Source: an uncultured Candidatus Saccharibacteria bacterium (lineage in GTDB: Bacteria > Patescibacteriota > Saccharimonadia > Saccharimonadales > AWTP1-31). Taken from it: 64,000 nucleotides of DNA. Every line of letters begins with the position of its first letter. Position 1 is the stretch's first letter. Position numbers and translations under genes: made by a program. Below, piece after piece: positions 15,906-24,412 of this stretch. The stretch covers positions 24,019 through 88,018 of the forward strand of contig CAZWJA010000003.1 in the NCBI GenBank assembly GCA_964634445.1, in the 5' to 3' direction. The notes below the pieces were generated by a model. It worked only from the letters and a program-made list of their open reading frames with translations. It did not search any database and had not been told where the DNA came from.

Positions 15906-16686
15906 GAGCCTTAACCTTTTCGAGTTCTCTTATTCTGTTTTTAGTTTCTTTTATTATCTTCCCAGTAAGAGACGATGTATCATCTTGGGATATATCTTCT
16001 ACTACTCCATTTTGAATACTAAGTAAGTGATCTGCAAAAGGTATATATTCCATGTTGTGCGTTACAAGAATAATAGTTCGGCGAAACTCTGTTTGGCAAT
16101 TCAGTAGCAGGCGCATAATAGAGTCTCCAGCAGGGGTATCTAAATTACCGGTCGGTTCATCTGCAATTAAAAATAATGGGTCATTTGCCAATGCTCGGGC
16201 CATTGCAATTCGTTGTTGCTCACCTCCAGATAATACAGACGGGAATTTATGAGCGTGTTCTGTCATTTGTACTCGGTCTAGCGCACTTATTGCTATTTTC
16301 GCAGATTTAGATCTAGAAAAACCTAAAGCATACAATGGAATTGCAACATTATCTAGCACGCTTAAGCTTTTGACCCAGTAGTTTGTCTGGTGTATAAAGC
16401 CGATACGATTCGCTCTAAAGTTTGATAATTCATCGTTAGTAAGTCTGTATAAATCATAACCTTGTACGTTTACTTTTCCGCTGGTTGGTCTTTGTAGTCC
16501 ACCGATGGTATTCAATAAAGTTGACTTTCCACTTCCAGATGGACCGTATATAATATTGAAACTATTAGATTTGATATTAAAATTAGCATTTTTTAGTGGA
16601 GTAATAATTTCTTCGCCAACATTGAAGTTGACACTAACATCTTCAATTTTTAATATAGTGGTTTTATCTATTATCCCACCGCTCAT
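15889..16686 (-). CDS. ABC transporter ATP-binding protein (MacB/LolD-like)
   Basis: Walker A GPSGSGKST, Q-loop, signature LSGGEQQRIAMARAL, Walker B LFLIADEPTGNLD and H-loop VTHN. Confidence 0.92.
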   Translation of the reverse strand: MSGGIIDKTTILKIEDVSVNFNVGEEIITPLKNANFNIKSNSFNIIYGPSGSGKSTLLNTIGGLQRPTSGKVNVQGYDLYRLTNDELSNFRANRIGFIHQTNYWVKSLSVLDNVAIPLYALGFSRSKSAKIAISALDRVQMTEHAHKFPSVLSGGEQQRIAMARALANDPLFLIADEPTGNLDTPAGDSIMRLLLNCQTEFRRTIILVTHNMEYIPFADHLLSIQNGVVEDISQDDTSSLTGKIIKETKNRIRELEKVKAHATRI

Positions 16687-16688
16687 AA

Positions 16689-19600
16689 TTAGAATCCAAA
16701 CACTTTCTGTAAGGTATTAATAACTATTGTAACTAGATTATCGGAAGCTCGACTGACTATTGCAGATTTTAATGTACCAGTAGATTTATTATTAGATCTG
16801 TCAGATGAAATAGGTGCAATGGTATAAACCGAAGATGTAGATAAATCAGAAATTATGACAATATGTTCCAAGACTCGCTCGAGATCCTCGCTTGATTTGT
16901 TGTTAAGCACTTTTAAGTTGCTTCCTTTGCCGTAAGCTACTTGGCTAGAAGCAAGTTCGTCGGTAGTCCAGGATACGATAACCTGTCCCCTGGCTTCTGC
17001 TCCAGACCCCTTTATCGATGATACGACTTTGAGATTTGATATCTTAGGTGGGCGTGTGTCTAGTTGCGTACGCAGAACATGAGAATCAGATATTGCCAGA
17101 TTGCCATCGCCATCTCGCGATTCAACTGCAAGTGAATATTCGGTATCATCTTCAAGCCCACGAATTACCATTTTGTGGTCTAAGGTTAGAGTAGAATCAT
17201 TCTGCTCATGTTTGGGCTTTGAGGCAGTCGTAAACCGAATCAGCGATGAGGCTGGTACATTAGTATTCCATGTAACTTCTTGGGTACTTGTTGGTTCCCC
17301 AGCAACTGGCTGGAAACGTAGATTCGATATTTTGGGACGGGCAGGCGTCGAAAAATTATCAATTCTAGGAACCTTATATTCATTTCCATCATTATCTACT
17401 GGATTAATTCCAAAATAGTACTTTGTACCATCTTCAAGGCCAGACAATTCGACTGTATAAGTTGAATTAGTAAGTGAAGTGTTTACGGTGTGAAGTCCAC
17501 CAAAGGCAGCAGATTTACCGTAATAAAGTTTTACATTTGATGCATTATCACTAGTGAACTCAATAATTGCCGTAGTCATTGTAACTCGCTTAACAGACAC
17601 TTCTTGGATAGATGGAGCCGGCATAGTAGTAAAGCTAAGTTCGCCGCTTGTTCCTACATTACCGTCTTCATCAGTCCATCGAGCACGGTAATAATAGGTA
17701 GTACCGGCGTCTAAATTTGAAAGTTCGATTCCATGGTTTTTTGTTTGCAGTGAGGCAGCGGCTTCAGTAGTGAAATATTTACCACTTGACGTACCATATT
17801 GTATACGGCTATCGCTGTTACGATCTGTCACCCAGGTAATGTTGGCATTTCGCGTGCTAACTGTAGTTGAAGGTTGGCTGATTAAATTAGCCGGTTCTGT
17901 GTACCTTCCAGTTGGTGTCATCGATACAATACTACTATATGCACCGCAATTATTAGCACTATCACACGCCCTAACTTTATAATAATAGTCAGCCTGAGTT
18001 AATCCACCCTCCACATGACTATTTCCTGCAGTAGATGCAACTTGAGAGAAATTAATTCCATCTGTCGATCGTGACAGCCTGTAATTGGCGACGCCAACAC
18101 CTGTATTCTGTGGTGCACTCCAAGAAAGCGCCAATCGCCAGGTACTAGTAGCCCTGGTAGAAACATCTGCAATCTCAATATCTTGCGGAATTCCAGGCGC
18201 AGATGTATTGGCAGTAAAAGTAGTGCTGGCGGCTGTGGCATAATTTACAGCCATAGTTTCATCGCGGGCAACTACATAAAATGTATTTTCTCCAGGTTGT
18301 GTAGCATATGGGCCTGCAACCAAATTTGTCGCACCAGGCTCAGTCCAGTTGCAAGTATTACTACTAGGCAGTGTATTGATTGTATAGCAGTACGTCAGAT
18401 TATTGGAATCACCCTGGAAAGATGCAGGCTGTACCCAAGAAAAGGCAAAGCTATTAGCTGAACTGTTAGACGGCGTAGCAGTGACATTCAAAGGACTACT
18501 CGCAGCTGACGAATTAAATTTTATGACAGTAGTGACATACGTAGTGCTGACATTTCCCGCACCGTCCCAAGTCCTAAAAAATACCACATTATTTCCTTCA
18601 ATGATGGCGTCATAATCTTCAGGATCAACTGTAATATAGGTGCCATCATTCGCTAAAAGATCGCTGGTATCTTGGTTGCCATTATGCGATTCGCCATACC
18701 AAGTCCCGTTGTTTCCGATGCGGTATTGCAAACCTTCTAAACCGGAATGATTATCACTGGCTGCATTACTGCCTGCTGTTGGCCAAGTTAGCGTCACTTC
18801 CTTATTGCCTACAAATTGAGAAGGTGCCGTTATGTAATCTGGATTATTCGGAGGAGTATTATCAAATCTAAAGTGGAATTGGGCGCTATCTTCATCGTAA
18901 ATGTTATGGGCATTATCAATTGCCTTAATTCTCAGATAATATGCGTCCGAGGAACTGATTAAGGCTGATCCAAGATATCCAGACACAGCAGTATCAATAT
19001 AGTTTGTACCTACAGCATATGGACAGCTGCCAGAGGTATCTAATGGGCTTGTCCCCAGACTGCCTTTTGTCATCACTGGATCTGCTGTCTGATCCGTTCC
19101 TAGATATAAACAGTATCCTTTGATTCCGGTTCCTATGTCTTCACCGGCTGTCCATTCAAAAAACGGAGAATTACCATTTGTCCAAGAATTTTCCGTTATA
19201 TTATCACCACCAGCTGATTTCTTCATGCTAATATCAGAAGCATTAGTTTCTGGAGCTACATTATCGTATGGTGAATATTCAACGCTAATATCTTCAAATA
19301 AAGGCGTTTGACCATCTTCCCCTACTAGCGTAACTTCATACTGTATGTAACGATGGTTTTCAGTTACGCACGATTGGCCAGTAATGTCAGTACCGCTTGT
19401 AACTGGTGCACATCCAGCAAAAGCCGGAGTACCGGACATATCTGCATTGTTGCTACTTCGTACTTTAACACTCGCACTACCCGCACCAGACTTTACATAT
19501 GCTAAGTTACCCCACGCAGAGCCGTGATCGGTATCCATGATGCCCGATACTAGAGTGCCAGAACCGTATGTTTTTAGCGATAAGTTATCAACGTAAACTG

Positions 19601-21086
19601 TTTTATTTGCCCCAACCTGCAAACCATATTTTTTTTCAGTAGTAGTGCCAGTTACGGTTGATTGGAGCTTGTACCAACCAGAACCTACGTCTGTATAGTT
19701 AGTAGTGACTGTAGAAGATCCCACATATAGTGATGCATCATTACTTGTAACTGCGCTGCCGTTAGTATAGACATACGCTTCGAGGATATGCTGATTTGTG
19801 TTTCCAAGATTTTTAGATTGAGTTAGTCTTCCAATAGAGGTCGTGTCTATTCTGCCTGATGCAGCAGAGTTCTGAGACTGCTGAGTTGAACGTATAAAAG
19901 TATCCCTAATGTTCATGAATATTGATAACAGATTATTGTTATATTCAGAGGTGACTAAATCTAAATCCCCATCATCGTCGACATCACTTAACTGAGGATT
20001 TACACTAGCACTTCCTGTAGCTAAATCAACTTTGGCCGCAAATGTACCATTTCCGTTATTTCTAAGTATTGATGTAGTACTGGAATTTTGGTTGTTTGTA
20101 ACAATATCAAGATGTCCATCAAGATCAATATCACCTATAGAAACAGTTTCTGGCGTATTACCCACAGTATACGGTGTACGTGCTGCAAATGTACCATTTC
20201 CGTTGTTCATTAAAACAGAAATTGTAGCTGCGGTAGTATAGTTAGATACTGCTAAATCCAAATCTCCGTCACCATCAAGATCGGCTGCATTTATACCATA
20301 TGCACCGCCGGCCGCATAGTCTACTCTGGCAGCAAATGTACCATTGCCATTATTCTTAAAAATAGAGATAGAGCCGGTGCCATAGTTTGCTACTGCTAAA
20401 TCCAAATCTCCGTCACCATCAAGATCGGCATTGGTAAGGAACCGAGGGCTACTGCCTGCAATATAATCTGTTTTGGCAGCAAATGTTCCATCACCATTGT
20501 TTTTTAGAACCGATAAAGTATCAACAAAATAATTTGTAGTTGTAATATCGATATCTCCGTCACCATCTAAGTCACCTAGCGTAACGATTTGGGGATAATT
20601 CCCTGTGGAATAATCTGTTTTTGCACTAAACGTCCCGTTGCCATTATTTTTAATAACAGAAACGTTATGACCTAGCAAATTTGTAGTTACAGCATCCAAA
20701 TCTCCGTCACCATCAAGATCTTTGGCTTTTATATCATAAGGTTTTGTCCCCACACCGTAATCCGTTTTAGTACTGAATGATCCGTTTCCAATATTCTTGA
20801 GTACCGAAATAGTATTTGCATTGTAATTAGCTGATATGTAATCAAGGTCTCCGTCTCCGTCCAAATCTCCTAGGAAATTGTTCTGAGGATTAGTGCCTGT
20901 AGAATAACTATTCTTAGACCCAAATGAAATTGGGTTACCTGCTTCAAAATTCCAACTATTTGTATTTTCTTCAAATCCATTATTTGTTAGATGCTCTTCG
21001 GGACTAATGCTGAACGAGCCATCCCCAACATCTATATTAGTTTTTTCTGAAAACTGATTGATAGCATTACTACCCTGCCCCCCCAC
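16689..21086 (-). CDS. Giant surface protein body: ~7 FG-GAP/VCBS repeats plus multiple fibronectin-III-like domains
   Basis: The N-terminal part repeats DLDGDGDLD ... NNGNGTFAAKTDY about every 48 aa. The C-terminal half contains FN3-like/PAP-N-like modules (e.g. RIQYGTSSGKY...TTYYYRARWTDEDGN). The track gives a GTG start inside a G7 tract. It is probably one gene with 21070..21450. Confidence 0.85.
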   Translation of the reverse strand: MGGQGSNAINQFSEKTNIDVGDGSFSISPEEHLTNNGFEENTNSWNFEAGNPISFGSKNSYSTGTNPQNNFLGDLDGDGDLDYISANYNANTISVLKNIGNGSFSTKTDYGVGTKPYDIKAKDLDGDGDLDAVTTNLLGHNVSVIKNNGNGTFSAKTDYSTGNYPQIVTLGDLDGDGDIDITTTNYFVDTLSVLKNNGDGTFAAKTDYIAGSSPRFLTNADLDGDGDLDLAVANYGTGSISIFKNNGNGTFAARVDYAAGGAYGINAADLDGDGDLDLAVSNYTTAATISVLMNNGNGTFAARTPYTVGNTPETVSIGDIDLDGHLDIVTNNQNSSTTSILRNNGNGTFAAKVDLATGSASVNPQLSDVDDDGDLDLVTSEYNNNLLSIFMNIRDTFIRSTQQSQNSAASGRIDTTSIGRLTQSKNLGNTNQHILEAYVYTNGSAVTSNDASLYVGSSTVTTNYTDVGSGWYKLQSTVTGTTTEKKYGLQVGANKTVYVDNLSLKTYGSGTLVSGIMDTDHGSAWGNLAYVKSGAGSASVKVRSSNNADMSGTPAFAGCAPVTSGTDITGQSCVTENHRYIQYEVTLVGEDGQTPLFEDISVEYSPYDNVAPETNASDISMKKSAGGDNITENSWTNGNSPFFEWTAGEDIGTGIKGYCLYLGTDQTADPVMTKGSLGTSPLDTSGSCPYAVGTNYIDTAVSGYLGSALISSSDAYYLRIKAIDNAHNIYDEDSAQFHFRFDNTPPNNPDYITAPSQFVGNKEVTLTWPTAGSNAASDNHSGLEGLQYRIGNNGTWYGESHNGNQDTSDLLANDGTYITVDPEDYDAIIEGNNVVFFRTWDGAGNVSTTYVTTVIKFNSSAASSPLNVTATPSNSSANSFAFSWVQPASFQGDSNNLTYCYTINTLPSSNTCNWTEPGATNLVAGPYATQPGENTFYVVARDETMAVNYATAASTTFTANTSAPGIPQDIEIADVSTRATSTWRLALSWSAPQNTGVGVANYRLSRSTDGINFSQVASTAGNSHVEGGLTQADYYYKVRACDSANNCGAYSSIVSMTPTGRYTEPANLISQPSTTVSTRNANITWVTDRNSDSRIQYGTSSGKYFTTEAAASLQTKNHGIELSNLDAGTTYYYRARWTDEDGNVGTSGELSFTTMPAPSIQEVSVKRVTMTTAIIEFTSDNASNVKLYYGKSAAFGGLHTVNTSLTNSTYTVELSGLEDGTKYYFGINPVDNDGNEYKVPRIDNFSTPARPKISNLRFQPVAGEPTSTQEVTWNTNVPASSLIRFTTASKPKHEQNDSTLTLDHKMVIRGLEDDTEYSLAVESRDGDGNLAISDSHVLRTQLDTRPPKISNLKVVSSIKGSGAEARGQVIVSWTTDELASSQVAYGKGSNLKVLNNKSSEDLERVLEHIVIISDLSTSSVYTIAPISSDRSNNKSTGTLKSAIVSRASDNLVTIVINTLQKVFGF

Positions 21087-21450
21087 TCCAATCAGTTTGG
21101 CTCCATGTACTTAAGGCAGATACATTTGAGGTTTTAGTTATAAATACGATCGCAACAATAAAAATCCATGCAGCAGCTAAAAACCCATGCACATGACCGT
21201 GATGAACGCCTCTGTAATTCCAGCTATGCCACCATAAATAATGTTTGGATTTTGCCATCAAATATTCGTGGGGTTTTTGCGCAGAATGATGGTGCAAAAT
21301 CTTATATAATTTATTGGACTTTGGACGAATTGAACTAACTAAATAGTGCTGTAGTTTATTTAAGATCTTTGCTAGTTTATAATAATAAAATAATAACTTT
21401 CTAATATTGTTGTAGGAAATCTGGACTAACTTAAGAAAGATCTTTTTCAT
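21070..21450 (-). CDS. N-terminal His-rich/transmembrane-anchor fragment of the giant surface protein (separated by a frameshift)
   Basis: Basic and His-rich leader, a transmembrane helix FLAAAWIFIVAIVFI, ending ...WSQTDWSGGAG* at the G7 tract. Overlaps the downstream ORF by 17 nt in another frame. Confidence 0.6.
   Translation of the reverse strand: MKKIFLKLVQISYNNIRKLLFYYYKLAKILNKLQHYLVSSIRPKSNKLYKILHHHSAQKPHEYLMAKSKHYLWWHSWNYRGVHHGHVHGFLAAAWIFIVAIVFITKTSNVSALSTWSQTDWSGGAG
21078..21084 (-). repeat. G7 homopolymer (C7 on + strand) at the frame break of the giant surface protein gene
   Basis: The coding strand reads ACT GAT TGG AGT GGG GGG GCA GGG TAG. Removing one G gives ...TDWSGGQGSNAINQF..., which fuses the two ORFs in frame. 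Confidence 0.8.
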
Positions 21451-21655
21451 ATTAGGGTTCAGCTAACAATTATTAGATGATAGAGTGCTTTTTTTGATAC
21501 AAATTAACATCCAAAAGTTCTCCTATTAATAAATGCTAATGTCTATATAATACCAGAAATTAAACCTTATTAAATTATATTGTAGATAATAGATGCATGT
21601 GGTCATGTAAGCTTCTTCCTAGACGAATTAAGAATAGGCAACGTATACTTAAGTA

Positions 21656-22186
21656 ATGCTGATATTGAGCAAGATGGTATTAAACAGAAAAGTCATGAGT
21701 CTGAGAACCGGACGAGAGATTGCTGTTGCCCATGAAGCGATTATTAACCCGAACAATTTAAAGATCGAAGGCTTTCACTGTACTGATTCGCTTAGCCGCG
21801 AACACCTGATACTACTGTCGCAGGATATCCGAGATGTATTGCCAGCCGGCCTGGTTGTAAATGACCATAGCGTTCTAAGCGAACCGGACGATCTTATTAG
21901 ACTCAAGAAAACCATTCAGATGAATTTTGAATTAATAGGCAAGCCGGTATATACCAAATCAAAGAAAAAACTTGGCAAAGTAAATGATTTTGCAACCGAA
22001 CCGCAAAGCCTGCTGATCAAGAAAATATATGTTTCCCAAAGCCTGCTTAAAAGCTTGACCGGGTCAAGTTTAAGTATCGACAGAACCCAGATTATTGAGA
22101 TCACTAGCAAGAAGATAATTGTCCAAGATCCACTCCAGTTGGTTCCAGCTAATGCCCCGGCTCTAAACCCGACACCAGCTTCCTAA
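21656..22186 (+). CDS. PRC-barrel-like domain protein (two repeats)
   Basis: VMSLRTGREIAVAHEAIINPNNLKIEGFHC and a second module, LIGKPVYTKSKKKLGKVNDFATEPQSLLIKKIYV, resemble YlmC/YmxH-type PRC barrels. The exact start is uncertain. Confidence 0.5.
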   Translation: MLILSKMVLNRKVMSLRTGREIAVAHEAIINPNNLKIEGFHCTDSLSREHLILLSQDIRDVLPAGLVVNDHSVLSEPDDLIRLKKTIQMNFELIGKPVYTKSKKKLGKVNDFATEPQSLLIKKIYVSQSLLKSLTGSSLSIDRTQIIEITSKKIIVQDPLQLVPANAPALNPTPAS

Positions 22187-22190
22187 AAGG

Positions 22191-22805
22191 TTATTCCTGG
22201 GTATAGTCGATTTCTTCTAATACGTCTTTTACATCGCCGTAGTTGTAACCCTGACGAATAAGATAGGCCATGAGCTTTTGCTTGTCCTGATAGCGGCTTT
22301 GCTGCTGTTTTCGTTCGATTAGACCTTTTAGCAGTTCTTTTTCGTCCGTCTCATCTTCTGCCAGTACCTGCTTGATTATGTCATCACTAACTCGTTTGGC
22401 TCTAAGTTCCTGCTGTAAACGCCGCTTGCTGGTAGTTTTTAGCAGTCTTCTGTTGTCTACCCATTTGCGAGCGAAAACTGAATCATCCAGCCAGCTATGT
22501 TGATACAGCTTTGCTACCAGCTGGTCGATTAGTTCAGGATCGTAGTCTTTGCGTTTTAGGTATTCCCTAATTTCCCATTCGCTTCTGACTCTGCGAACAA
22601 TTAGATTCAGTGCCCGATTATAAGCCTTATCAAACTTTGCGGTATCTTTAAGCTCGTCTAATTCCTGATTGCTCAACTCCTGCCCAACACGCAGTCCGCT
22701 GACTAGCAGGGCATTTTCACTTAGGCCAAAAGTAAACTTGCCGTCTACAAATATTGAATACCTACCAGCTGTTTTAACCTGCTGCTTGATATCCGTTATT
22801 TGCAT
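22191..22805 (-). CDS. recX: RecA regulator RecX
   Basis: N-terminal ...GRYSIFVDGKFTFGLSENAL followed by repeated three-helix modules (ALNLIVRRVRSEWEIREYL...). Located in the recA operon. Confidence 0.78.
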   Translation of the reverse strand: MQITDIKQQVKTAGRYSIFVDGKFTFGLSENALLVSGLRVGQELSNQELDELKDTAKFDKAYNRALNLIVRRVRSEWEIREYLKRKDYDPELIDQLVAKLYQHSWLDDSVFARKWVDNRRLLKTTSKRRLQQELRAKRVSDDIIKQVLAEDETDEKELLKGLIERKQQQSRYQDKQKLMAYLIRQGYNYGDVKDVLEEIDYTQE

Positions 22806-22810
22806 TTCAA

Positions 22811-23086
22811 CTACACACTAGCATCTGGAATAAAGATCCCATCCCGCCCATTTGCAACCGGTGTATACGGAAATAATCCGACTCGTACAACTTCTCGGAC
22901 TAATCCGCTAAAACCAGGAACTAAGCGGTCTAAAGAGTCCTTATTAACTAAGACATTTTTTTCGACTTCTTCCAGTAGCATATATGCGGGAAATGGAGGT
23001 AATTCTTCGGCAACATAAAACAAAGCTTCTAGGTCTTCCTGTTCGGGTGCGAAAGTAAATGTCCCTTTTAGTCTTTCAATTGCCAT
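22811..23086 (-). CDS. Hypothetical protein between recA and recX
   Basis: 91-aa ORF with 9-nt and 5-nt gaps to recA and recX. No recognisable motif. Confidence 0.5.
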   Translation of the reverse strand: MAIERLKGTFTFAPEQEDLEALFYVAEELPPFPAYMLLEEVEKNVLVNKDSLDRLVPGFSGLVREVVRVGLFPYTPVANGRDGIFIPDASV

Positions 23087-23095
23087 CTTTACTAT

Positions 23096-24139
23096 TTACT
23101 CCTTGCTCTTAGCAGTTTCGCTAACCTTCTTAGCTATCTCACTTAGTACTTTTGGATTTTCTTCTAAGTATTTCTTGGTTGCTTCGCGACCCTGTCCGAT
23201 CTTGTTATCGTTATATGCGAACCAAGCACCTGATTTGTCGACAATCTCGTTCTCGACTGCTAGATCCAAGACATCTCCGCTTCGGCTGATGCCTTCGTTA
23301 TACATAATATCGAATTCGGCTTGTCTAAAAGGCGGAGCTATCTTATTCTTGACCACCTTTACTCTCGTCCTGTTGCCGATAATATTATCGCCGGCTTTGA
23401 TCTGAGCAATTCTTCTAATGTCCATGCGAACGGATGCGTAGAATTTCAAAGCGTTTCCACCGGTTGTAGTCTCGGGGTTGCCGAACATGACGCCGATCTT
23501 CATTCTGATCTGGTTGATAAACACAACAGTTGCCTTGCTCCGGCTGATTACCCCTGTCAGCTTCCTCAGCGCCTGGCTCATGAGCCTAGCTTGCAGACCC
23601 ATATGACTGTCGCCCATCTCGCCTTCTATTTCAGCTCGCGGCACTAGCGCGGCGACTGAGTCGACAACGATAATATCGACAGCGTTACTCCGGACTAGTG
23701 TTTCGGTAATTTCAAGTGCTTGCTCGCCGTTATCCGGCTGGGACAATAGCAGGTTTTCGACGTCCACACCGATTCTTTTGGCATATGACGGGTCAAGCGC
23801 GTGCTCAGCATCGATAAAAGCGGCTGTGCCACAGTTTCTTTGTACTTCTGCAATTGCATGCAGGCTGAGTGTAGTTTTACCACTTGATTCCGGTCCATAG
23901 ATTTCAATGATCCGGCCTTTTGGTATTCCGCCGCCGAGAGCCAAGTCTAAGCTTAGGCTGCCGGTAGAAATACACTCGACTTTAGTTTCGACTGAGTCGC
24001 CGAGCTTCATGATCGAGCCTTTACCGAACTGTTTCTCGATCGTATCCAACGCCAGACTAAGAGCTTTAGTCTTGCCGGATTCGTTGGTCGGAATCTCCTG
24101 CGGTACTTTAGTTGGTGCTTTAGTAGATTTGTTTGCCAT
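23096..24139 (-). CDS. recA: Recombinase RecA
   Basis: Matches the RecA sequence along its whole length: [17 protein letters not shown], the FIDAEHALD motif, VVDSVAAL and [10 protein letters not shown]. Confidence 0.97.
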   Translation of the reverse strand: MANKSTKAPTKVPQEIPTNESGKTKALSLALDTIEKQFGKGSIMKLGDSVETKVECISTGSLSLDLALGGGIPKGRIIEIYGPESSGKTTLSLHAIAEVQRNCGTAAFIDAEHALDPSYAKRIGVDVENLLLSQPDNGEQALEITETLVRSNAVDIIVVDSVAALVPRAEIEGEMGDSHMGLQARLMSQALRKLTGVISRSKATVVFINQIRMKIGVMFGNPETTTGGNALKFYASVRMDIRRIAQIKAGDNIIGNRTRVKVVKNKIAPPFRQAEFDIMYNEGISRSGDVLDLAVENEIVDKSGAWFAYNDNKIGQGREATKKYLEENPKVLSEIAKKVSETAKSKE

Positions 24140-24278
24140 GGTTCCTCCTTATAAAAACTATGTTTATGCTTTATGCACGGCGTTTGGCAAATGCCTTGCA
24201 GACAAAAGTGTATACCAACAATATAAATATGTATATGAAAAATGTCTGTCTAATTTCGTACACATCTGTTATTTTATT

Positions 24279-24292
24279 CTTAACGCGTTAAG
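24279..24292. promoter_or_regulatory. Perfect 14-bp palindrome CTTAACGCGTTAAG in the recA/pilB divergent intergenic region
   Basis: Read directly from the sequence. Only its position suggests an operator; no known box is matched. Confidence 0.3.
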
Positions 24293-24412
24293 TTATTGTA
24301 TTAATTTGTACAGCGTTTCTTTGCCCGATTACAATTAAGGATGATAATTTAACCGTTAAACCTTAGCCGGATATCTTTATACTTTATTCTTTCTCCATTA
24401 TACTAATGCTTA

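Noticed and set aside
23103-24338. Plus-strand ORFs 23103..23405, 23321..23647 and 23907..24338, and minus-strand ORF 23695..23907.
   Set aside because: All overlap recA, which matches RecA along its full length, in other frames or strands. 23907..24338 merely extends into the intergenic region.
24140-24412. Canonical SOS/LexA box upstream of recA.
   Set aside because: No Cheo box (CGAACnnnnGTTCG) or CTGT-N8-ACAG motif was found. Only the unrelated 14-bp palindrome is reported, at low confidence.
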